Source: an uncultured Thermus sp. (GTDB taxonomy: Bacteria > Deinococcota > Deinococci > Deinococcales > Thermaceae). From it: a stretch of DNA of 64,000 nucleotides. The notes beneath the pieces are model-generated. The model was not told the origin of the DNA, made no database searches, and saw only the letters and a list, made by a program, of their open reading frames with translations. The position numbers and the translations under genes were made by a program. The stretch is taken from the NCBI GenBank assembly GCA_947085095.1, contig CAMTVD010000022.1, positions 1 to 64,000 of the forward strand, in the 5' to 3' direction. Shown in pieces: positions 35,714 to 42,652 of this stretch; position 1 is the first letter of the stretch, and each line of letters opens with the position of its first letter.

Positions 35714-36853
35714 GGCCTGAGGCCTGGGGCCCGCCACCAGGTCCTCCGGGTCAAAGGTCCAGGCCTCCCTCTCCCGGGCCAGCAGGTGGCGGTAAATGTC
35801 CAGCGTGATGGAGGGCCGCGCATGGCCCAGGCGGGCCGCCACCACCTCCGGCGGTGCCCCTTCGGCCAGGAGCATGGAGGCGAAGGTGTGCCGGAGGTCG
35901 TGGGGCCGTATGGGGGGCAGGCCCACACGGGCCACAATCTTCCGAAGGGCGTGGGCCAGGCTATGGGGGTTGAGGGGCTGGGAGGGGTCCTTGGCGCTCG
36001 GGAACACCCAGGCCTCCCGAAGGTCCAGGGGGTCCATACCCGTTTCCACCAGGGCCTCCCACCGGGCCCGCAAGTGCTCCAGGGTCTTGGGGGGAACGGG
36101 AATGGTGCGCAGGCTGGAGGGGGTCTTGGGGGCGGTGAGAAGCCCTTTGCCTCCGAGGTTGGTCCAGGCCCGGCGCACGGCCAGGGTCCCCGCCCTAAAG
36201 TCCAGGTCCCCCCACTTGAGCCCCAGGGCCTCCCCAGGCCGGAGGCCCACCGCCAGGCAAAGGCGCAGGGCCGTGCCTACCTCCCAGGTGGGCCAGGCGT
36301 CCAGGGCCTGAAGGAGGGCGGCCACCTCGTGGGGCTCCAAGGTCCTCCCGGCGGTGCGGCGCGTGGGGGCCTCGAGGCGGATGGAGGCCGTGGGGTCCCG
36401 GTGCACGACTTCCAGGGCCAGGGCCTCCCTGAAGATGGCCCGCAAGTGGGTCAGCGCCTTGCGGATGGCCCTCGGGCCTAGCCCCTGGGCGGCCATGCGG
36501 TCCAAGGCCTCCCGGATATCGGCAGGCCTGATGGCCTGGAGCCGCTTTTCCCCCAAGTGGGCCAGGAGGTAGCCCACTTCCCGCTGGTAGTTGACGAAGG
36601 TCTTGGGGGCCAGGGTGGCCCGCTTGCGGGCAAGCCACCCTTCCGCGAAGGCGGCCAGGGTGGCGGCGCTCTTGGCGGGCAGGAGGCCTTTTTCGTGCTG
36701 GGCCACAAGCTCCCGCGCCTTGCGCAGGGCCTCCTCGGCAGTCTTGCCGAAGACGCTCACCCGCCTATACCGCCCATCGGGCTCCCGGAGGTAAGGGCGC
36801 ACCTCCCAGCGCCCATCCTTACGCTTGCGGGCCTTCAATCCTTTCTTGGGCAT
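35711..36853 (-). CDS. int: Tyrosine recombinase / phage-type integrase
   Basis: N-terminal arm-binding domain (RKDGRWE); GLRPGE, PKT, HDLRH, LGH and catalytic Y (IYRH) all present; GGAGG RBS. Confidence 0.96.
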   Translation of the reverse strand: MPKKGLKARKRKDGRWEVRPYLREPDGRYRRVSVFGKTAEEALRKARELVAQHEKGLLPAKSAATLAAFAEGWLARKRATLAPKTFVNYQREVGYLLAHLGEKRLQAIRPADIREALDRMAAQGLGPRAIRKALTHLRAIFREALALEVVHRDPTASIRLEAPTRRTAGRTLEPHEVAALLQALDAWPTWEVGTALRLCLAVGLRPGEALGLKWGDLDFRAGTLAVRRAWTNLGGKGLLTAPKTPSSLRTIPVPPKTLEHLRARWEALVETGMDPLDLREAWVFPSAKDPSQPLNPHSLAHALRKIVARVGLPPIRPHDLRHTFASMLLAEGAPPEVVAARLGHARPSITLDIYRHLLAREREAWTFDPEDLVAGPRPQA

Positions 36854-37095
36854 AACCTCCTCTACCCTACCATTCCACGGGGGGGCGGCGTGGGCTTCGC
36901 GAAAGTTTTGTTTCGCGAAGGTTGCCGGGGGCAACCCGTCAACCCATGACGCGAAGGGGGAGTAGCCTGGGGGTTCGCCCCCGGGTTTTTCCCGGCGAAA
37001 GTTTGCGCCATTTCCCCCACGCTGAGGGGAAGGCTCCTCCCCCTCGTGTGGGGAAGGTTCTGGGGCTTTCTAGCCCTGCCGTTTTCCAAAGAGGG

Positions 37096-37377
37096 CTACC
37101 CCTCCTCGTCCAAGGGCCACTCCGCCGCGGTGAAGGAGAGGGGATGGGGCTCCGCCTTCGGCGCGGCGGCCAGGGCCAGCTTGAGGGCCAGGGCGGCCAC
37201 CCGGGCCTTGTGCTCCGGGTTGAGGCCTTCCGCCTCCTCCAGGGCCTTCTCCAGGACCGCCACGGCCTTGCCCCCAAGCCCGGCCAGGCGCGTGCGCCAG
37301 GCCTCGGCCTCCTCCCACCGGGCGCGGGCGGCCTCGTACCGCTCAGTCCACTTCGGCTTCGCCTTCGCCTTCCTCAT
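37096..37377 (-). CDS. Small helical hypothetical protein (93 aa)
   Basis: AGGAGG RBS before ATG 37377; overlaps the upstream gene. Confidence 0.65.
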   Translation of the reverse strand: MRKAKAKPKWTERYEAARARWEEAEAWRTRLAGLGGKAVAVLEKALEEAEGLNPEHKARVAALALKLALAAAPKAEPHPLSFTAAEWPLDEEG

Positions 37378-37912
37378 CTTCCACCTCCTTGAGCTTGAGC
37401 CCGGAGAAGAGGGCTTCCAGCGCCTTGCGGAAGTCTTTGCCCAGGTCCTCGGCCAGGGCCTCGGGGAAGGCCCGGAGGGCGTACCTCCCCCACATGGGCA
37501 GGCCAAGGTCCAGGGCCCGGTCCTTCCCCCCTCTCCGGGCCTGTGAGAGGTAGCCCAGGTGGGCGCACTTCCTGCAGAGGAGCCCCCGGTGGACCAGGTA
37601 GAGCACCCGGCGGTTCCCCCCGCACCCGGGGCAGACGAAGACCCACTCCACCCCGAAGGGGTGCCTCACCCCCTTTAGGCTCACCACTTGCTCCCCGAAG
37701 GCCAGGCAAACGGGCGGCCTCTCGGGGAGGGGGCGGCCCGTCTTCATCCGCCACCACTCCGCCAGCCACGCGGCCCAGATTTGGGGGGTTCGTTCGGCAA
37801 TCCCCTCCCAGGGCCTTCCCGGTCCCCTCCCCAGCCCGGGGAGAGGGCCGCGCCTTCCCGCCCCGAGGGCGGCCCTAAGCGCCAGGTCCAAGTCCCTGAT
37901 TTCCTCCATCAT
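37343..37912 (-). CDS. Zinc-finger hypothetical protein
   Basis: CPGC...RVLY...CRKCAHLGYLSQ. Confidence 0.75.
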   Translation of the reverse strand: MMEEIRDLDLALRAALGAGRRGPLPGLGRGPGRPWEGIAERTPQIWAAWLAEWWRMKTGRPLPERPPVCLAFGEQVVSLKGVRHPFGVEWVFVCPGCGGNRRVLYLVHRGLLCRKCAHLGYLSQARRGGKDRALDLGLPMWGRYALRAFPEALAEDLGKDFRKALEALFSGLKLKEVEDEEGEGEAEVD

Positions 37913-37937
37913 CGTCTAACCCCCATGCCGAACGGGC

Positions 37938-38273
37938 TTACGCCCCCACCTCCTCACGCCGCTTCACCCGGGCCCGGGCGATGGGCTCAAGCCGGGGCGG
38001 GTTCCCGGCCCAAACTCCCAGAAGCTCCACCTCCTGGGCTTCCGGCCAGGCCTCCTCCAGGAAGCTCAACCGCTCCACCAGCCAGGCCTCGAGGCTCGGG
38101 GCGTTCTGCCCAGGCCAGGCGGCGTGGGCCTCCAGGTCCTCCTCCTCCGGCATGGCCAGAGCCCAGTAGAGCACCCGGCCATCGGCCACCACCCGGACCT
38201 TAGGCGGGCGCATGGCGCGCACCTTGGCCGCGAGGTCCGGGGCCAGGGTGATGAGCTTCCGCCAGGGGCTCAC
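37938..38273 (-). CDS. Hypothetical protein
   Basis: GTGA overlap with the helicase stop; GGAGG RBS. Confidence 0.7.
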   Translation of the reverse strand: MSPWRKLITLAPDLAAKVRAMRPPKVRVVADGRVLYWALAMPEEEDLEAHAAWPGQNAPSLEAWLVERLSFLEEAWPEAQEVELLGVWAGNPPRLEPIARARVKRREEVGA

Positions 38274-40183
38274 AGCTCCACCTCCACCTCGTCCTCCTCT
38301 TCCCCCCGGGCCGTTTTAGAAAGAGGAGGGGCAACACCTCCCGCATCCCCCGCATCCCCCGCAAACGGCGTCCTGGAGCCGTTTAGTACGCGCGGGGGTT
38401 GTGCGGGGGTTGCGGGGGATTGCGGGGGTTGTGCGGGGGGTTGCGGGGGTTGCCCCTTCCATCCCCCGCGCTCAGGAGTGTCGTCCTGGAGCCGGGTTAC
38501 GGGGGTTGCGGGAGTTGCGGGGGATGCGCCGCTACTCCTTTCTAAAACCCAGAGGAGGCGCTTGACCCGGGCGTCCCGCACCCCCTCCACCTTCAGCCCC
38601 ACCCCCCGGAGGGCGGCCTGGACGCGGGGAAGATGTTTGCCCAGCCCGGCGGGGGTGCGGGGCCACCCTTCGGGCTTGACCCGGGCGTCCTTGAGGCCCA
38701 TCGCCTCCTCCAGGGCGGCCAAGAGTTCCGATGCGGAAAACACGGCCCGGTGCCCCTCCGGCCAGTCGGCGGTGAAGAGGAGGAGGGCCTGGGCCACGGG
38801 GTCGTTGTCCAGAAGGTCCTGGTTGAGCCCGGCCTGCACCGCGTAGAAGGCCGCCACCACCTCCCCGGCCTCAAGGCCCAGGGCGGGGGCGGCGGCCTCA
38901 GCCCAGATGGCCCAATCGGCTAGGCGGGGCAAGGAGGGCAGGGCCTTCCGCGCCACCTCCCAGCGCCTCAGGGCCAGGACCACGGCGTCCAGGAGGGCCC
39001 CCAGGGCCTGGGGGTGGGCCCGGGCAAAGGCCTCCCAAATCTCCCGTTCGGGGCGGCGCTCCCCGTCCTCCAGCCGCACCAGGTTGACCATCGCCACCCG
39101 GTCGGCCAAGTCGTCCCGGAGGATGCCGAAACCTATCCCCGTGAGGATGACGGGCCGTTGCGCCTCCAGGACGTGCTCTTCCGAGTCCGAGTAAAGCTCC
39201 CTCTTGCCCAGCCCGCCCCCGGTGGAAAGGCGGCATAGGGCGTCCGAAAGCCAGGTGGGTATCTTGGAAAGGTTGTCAAAGGCCAGTACCCAGGACCCCT
39301 TGGCGCCCACCATCAGCGCCTCCACGTCCTTGGGCTCAGCCCGTAGGGCGGCCTCCTGGGGGTCCACCAGGGCCTTGAGCACCCTCGCGGCGGTGCTCTT
39401 CCCCGCCCCCTTCTCCCCGGCCAGGACCAGGATGGGGTACGGGCCTTGAGGGGAGAGGGCCCCCACCAGCCACCCCAGGACCAGGGCCACGTCCCGGCGC
39501 TCCCTCAGGGGCAGGAGTTCCAGGAGGGGGGCTAGACTGCCGCCACGCTCAGGGAGGGGGAGGGGCTTCTGGTGCCGCCCCCGGCGGAAACGCACCGGGG
39601 CCTCATGGGCCGGGATGATGCGCCACCCCGAGGGGTCTACCTCCACCACGCTCCAATCGGGCCGGGCCAGGTCCAGGTACACCTTGCCCTCCCACCCGGC
39701 CAGGCGTGTGTGCACCTCGTGCTCCTCCCCCTCAAAGAGGGCCTTCGCCTCCAGGACGGCCAGGGCGTCTTGGAGGGCCTGGGCGTAGAGAGGCTTGCCC
39801 CTTTCCGCGTAGTAGAGCCCGGCGAGCCAGGTGCGAAACTCCTTGCCCCGCAGGGGATGATGCTCCACGTGCCCCTCCCGGGACAGGGTGGCCCAGGCCT
39901 CCTTGCTGGGGGTGTGCCAGAGCTTAGGGCCGGCCTTCAGGGCCAGGTCTACGGCGTCCTTGGCGGCGGTGGCGTCCTCCTTCTTGGGGCCCAAGAAGTC
40001 CTGCCAGGCCAGCCGCACCGCCTGCAGGGTGGCCCCCACCCGCTTGGCGGCCTCCCGCAAGACGGCTTCCGCCTCCACGGCGTCCAGGCCCGCCTCCACG
40101 ATGGCCTCAAAGAGGGACTGCCTGACCCGGCCCCAGTTCTCAGGGGCCAAGCCCTCCAAGATGGCGCGGATGGCCTCACTCAT
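38270..40183 (-). CDS. Primase-associated P-loop helicase/ATPase
   Basis: Walker A GEKGAGKST, Walker B VLAFDN, downstream of PrimPol; low-complexity C-terminus. Confidence 0.85.
   Translation of the reverse strand: MSEAIRAILEGLAPENWGRVRQSLFEAIVEAGLDAVEAEAVLREAAKRVGATLQAVRLAWQDFLGPKKEDATAAKDAVDLALKAGPKLWHTPSKEAWATLSREGHVEHHPLRGKEFRTWLAGLYYAERGKPLYAQALQDALAVLEAKALFEGEEHEVHTRLAGWEGKVYLDLARPDWSVVEVDPSGWRIIPAHEAPVRFRRGRHQKPLPLPERGGSLAPLLELLPLRERRDVALVLGWLVGALSPQGPYPILVLAGEKGAGKSTAARVLKALVDPQEAALRAEPKDVEALMVGAKGSWVLAFDNLSKIPTWLSDALCRLSTGGGLGKRELYSDSEEHVLEAQRPVILTGIGFGILRDDLADRVAMVNLVRLEDGERRPEREIWEAFARAHPQALGALLDAVVLALRRWEVARKALPSLPRLADWAIWAEAAAPALGLEAGEVVAAFYAVQAGLNQDLLDNDPVAQALLLFTADWPEGHRAVFSASELLAALEEAMGLKDARVKPEGWPRTPAGLGKHLPRVQAALRGVGLKVEGVRDARVKRLLWVLERSSGASPATPATPVTRLQDDTPERGGWKGQPPQPPAQPPQSPATPAQPPRVLNGSRTPFAGDAGDAGGVAPPLSKTARGEEEDEVEVEL
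38335..38528. repeat. Iteron-like TGCGGGGG(T/A) array, putative replication origin
   Basis: About 9 direct copies at 9-11 bp spacing and about 4 inverted copies. Confidence 0.7.
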
Positions 40184-41066
40184 GGGCCACCCCCTTCGCC
40201 CGGGCCCGGCGGTTCAAGGCCCAGCGCATCCGAGGGGGGAGGGGGTGAGGGTCCTCTAGGATGAGCGGCCTCGCCTCTCCTACCCTCAGCCCCCACCGCG
40301 CCGCATCCCGGGCCTCCCGCTCAGGTAGCCCGGCCCGCATAGCGGCGGCTACCAGGGCCTCTTCCGCCTCCTCCGGGGAGAGTCCATGGGGGATTAGCCC
40401 CCCCGCGGCCACGGCGTAACGGATGAGGGTGTTGTGCCTCTGCCCCTCCGGGGTGCGGGCCACTTGGGCGGCGTAGGCCTGGAGAAGGGCCTGCAGGCGC
40501 TTGGGGCTCGTCCCCCCCTCGGGAGTCCACACGCTCCTGGGAGGAGGAGGCGGCGGGGGGAGGAGCTTCAAGAGGAGGCCCCGGGGCACCGGGGGAAGCC
40601 CCTCCGGCCTCACCAGGGGCACCTCCCACTCGTAGCCCCTCCCGTCCTTGAGCCCGGTAGGCGCGGCCACCACATAAGCCCGACCCATGCCCCGGAGGTC
40701 TACCCCCTCCAAAACCCGCACGCTGGCGGAAAGCCTCACCCCCTCGGGAAGCCGGAGGAAAAGGTGTACCCCTCCCTTGGGAGTCCTTTGCCTTGGGGCG
40801 GCCTCGAGGGCGGGGTGCTCCTGCCTCAACCCCTCCCAGGCCGTGGGGTCGTCAAAGTCCAGGACCAAGACCCCCTCCGGGGCCAAGAGCCCCACCCCGG
40901 CCTCGGGGCAGGCCCGCCACCAGGCCTCGAGGGTGGCGGGGTCCTGGGAGGCCTCCTTGAGCCCGTGGGGCACCAGCCGGGGGTGGGGGCGCTTCTCCCC
41001 GGGGAGGAGGGGAAGGACGGCGTAGCCCAGACGGGCGTAGCCCAGGACGTGCTCAATCGGCCTCAT
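40176..41066 (-). CDS. Bifunctional DNA primase-polymerase (AEP Prim-Pol), TthPrimPol-like
   Basis: VLVLDFD, TPKGGVHLF, VDLRG motifs and PriCT-like C-terminus (EGQRHNTL); closely resembles T. thermophilus HB27 PrimPol as recalled. Confidence 0.93.
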   Translation of the reverse strand: MRPIEHVLGYARLGYAVLPLLPGEKRPHPRLVPHGLKEASQDPATLEAWWRACPEAGVGLLAPEGVLVLDFDDPTAWEGLRQEHPALEAAPRQRTPKGGVHLFLRLPEGVRLSASVRVLEGVDLRGMGRAYVVAAPTGLKDGRGYEWEVPLVRPEGLPPVPRGLLLKLLPPPPPPPRSVWTPEGGTSPKRLQALLQAYAAQVARTPEGQRHNTLIRYAVAAGGLIPHGLSPEEAEEALVAAAMRAGLPEREARDAARWGLRVGEARPLILEDPHPLPPRMRWALNRRARAKGVAHE

Positions 41067-41247
41067 TACTCACCTCCTCCTCCTGGGCCAGGGCCGCATC
41101 AATGAGGAGGTCAATGCGCTTGCGGGCGTCAATGCGCTCCCCCCAGGGAAGGGCCAGGAAGATAGCTTGAAAAGCGTCTAGCAAGATGGCGGTTTCCTCT
41201 TTGGCCCCCTCGGGCGTTATGATGACCACAACGGCACGCACGGCCAC
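41053..41247 (-). CDS. Small hypothetical protein
   Basis: 64 aa ORF filling the gap between xis and PrimPol, overlapping the PrimPol start. Confidence 0.55.
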   Translation of the reverse strand: MAVRAVVVIITPEGAKEETAILLDAFQAIFLALPWGERIDARKRIDLLIDAALAQEEEVSNEAD

Positions 41248-41250
41248 CCC

Positions 41251-41457
41251 CTACCGCCCCCGAGGCCCCCCCTCGGGGCTCGCCTCCTCGTCCAGGGGCA
41301 TCCCCAGCAGGCGCTCCAGCTCCTTCCTGGGGATGATGAGCCTCGCCCCCAGGCGGGCCGCCCTCAGCTCCCCCCGCCAGACCAGCCGATAAATGTGGTT
41401 TGGATGGACTCCAAGTGCCGAAGCCGCTTCCTTGACGCTCAGTCCAAGCTTACGCAT
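41251..41457 (-). CDS. Excisionase-like helix-turn-helix DNA-binding protein
   Basis: LSVKEAASALGVHPNHIYRLVWRGELRAARLGARLIIPRKEL (HTH_17 pattern). Confidence 0.88.
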   Translation of the reverse strand: MRKLGLSVKEAASALGVHPNHIYRLVWRGELRAARLGARLIIPRKELERLLGMPLDEEASPEGGPRGR

Positions 41458-41536
41458 GTTTTTGCCCCGCTTTTCCGCGCCCAGGGAGGGGCACCCTGGA
41501 CGGGCCTGACGACCTAAAGCCGCAAAACCTACGGCT

Positions 41537-42205
41537 TCAGGCCGCCAGGGGCGGGGCAACAGGGGCGATGACCAGGCTTCGGGTCAGGTTTTGCGTGGGG
41601 TCTTTTGGCGGTGCCCTTTCCTGGTAGCTTTCGGAAAGGGTCTTCTGGGGTTCGTGAGTCAGGCGGATGAGGTCAAAGACCAGAATAAGGAGCGCGCTCA
41701 GAGCTTTAAGTGCGGCTTTAAGAGCTTCGTTAAGCGTCTTGCCGCGCCTTAGGCTCTGCAGGTAAACGAAGAAGAGCTTAAGCACCCGCTCATGGGGCAA
41801 CCTCCGGAAGCGGATCCGCGTCCCCCCGCGCTTGGCGGCCCTCCCCCTGAAGAAAACACCTTGAGCAAGGTGCCGCCCTACTAAAGAGAGGTAGTTCAAT
41901 AGAGGCCTAAGTGCCTCAAAAAGGTTATCCCGCGCGTCTTGCAGACTTCTGATTACAGCCCCTGCCTCTCCGGCCAGGGGGGCCATCGCCTCAAGTGTCT
42001 GGTGTAGCGTCCTCCTGGCGGGTTCCGCCGCCTTAAGTGCCTGGTGTAGAGTCCTCCTAGCGGTTTCCACCGCCTCGTTAAGGTTCCTTAAGGTTTCCTG
42101 GGGAAGGGTCCAGGTGGCGGCGTAGGCCTCAACAGAGGCCTGAAGGTTCCTCACGGCTTCGCTTTGGGCGAAGTGTTGTAGCTTGGCCGTGAGTCCCCCT
42201 TGCAT
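41537..42205 (-). CDS. Orphan cargo/regulatory protein
   Basis: 222 aa, visibly lower GC, internal 42-bp tandem duplication, own promoter. Confidence 0.65.
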   Translation of the reverse strand: MQGGLTAKLQHFAQSEAVRNLQASVEAYAATWTLPQETLRNLNEAVETARRTLHQALKAAEPARRTLHQTLEAMAPLAGEAGAVIRSLQDARDNLFEALRPLLNYLSLVGRHLAQGVFFRGRAAKRGGTRIRFRRLPHERVLKLFFVYLQSLRRGKTLNEALKAALKALSALLILVFDLIRLTHEPQKTLSESYQERAPPKDPTQNLTRSLVIAPVAPPLAA

Positions 42206-42214
42206 CTTGCCCCT

Positions 42215-42243
42215 ACCATAGCACGCCCCCTCTTCACTCGCAA
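42215..42243 (-). promoter_or_regulatory. Putative main promoter of the element
   Basis: TTGCGA-N17-TATGGT with extended -10 TG, 9 nt before ATG 42205. Confidence 0.6.
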
Positions 42244-42309
42244 TACCATGACATCACCCCACAAAACCTTTTCTTGCAAAGGGTTCTTTTCGTGGGATAG
42301 CTTCACGGG

Positions 42310-42356
42310 TTGACCCCCAAACTTGACCCCCATTGACCCCCAAAACTGACCCCTAA
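42310..42356 (+). repeat. Four tandem TGACCCC motifs, putative arm-type sites (right end)
   Basis: Copies at 42311, 42324, 42334, 42347. Confidence 0.72.
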
Positions 42357-42452
42357 CCGGAGGTAATCCAAGGTAATGCCATCCCGGGGAAAACGCGTGT
42401 AGGACGCCGATTTTTGCAATAACGGGTTATCGGAGGTTAGGGGTCTTCGCCT

Positions 42453-42498
42453 CCTTCTAAGCGGTAGGTCGGGGGTTCAAATCCCTCCGGGCCCACCA
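42453..42498 (+). repeat. attR (displaced 3' half of tRNA-Arg)
   Basis: 44/46 identity to attL. Confidence 0.93.
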
Positions 42499-42652
42499 GG
42501 TCAGGGACGCAAAACTTTACCCCTCGGTAGCGTGGCCGGGGGTGCTTTGCTGGTGGAAGGCCTCCCCCAGGAGGGCTGGTCTGGCTGGGGAAGGGGCGTT
42601 TGTAGCTTGCGAGCCCTTGCCCCAAGGGGTAGGCTTGCGGGTGGAGGTTGGT

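Larger units (their letters stand above)
35527..42498. mobile_element. Integrative element (PrimPol-helicase replicon; ICETh2-related or satellite-like) in tRNA-Arg
   Basis: 46-bp direct repeats, integrase beside attL, xis-like HTH, primase-polymerase and helicase; 6926 bp from repeat to repeat. Confidence 0.93.

Noticed and set aside
36883..36890. GGGCGGCG matches the first 8 nt of lambda cos
   Set aside because: An all-GC 8-mer is expected by chance in this high-GC DNA and the remaining cos bases do not match.
42310..42356. TGACCCC tandem repeats as a CRISPR array
   Set aside because: Units are 7-9 bp with 10-13 bp spacing, no unique spacers and no cas genes; their position beside att fits integrase arm sites.
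42453..42498. Second tRNA-Arg gene
   Set aside because: Only the 3' 46 nt are present; no acceptor 5' strand or D-arm. It is attR.
35527..42498. Calling the element a prophage or conjugative ICE
   Set aside because: No capsid, portal, large terminase, tail, lysis, relaxase or T4SS genes are recognisable.
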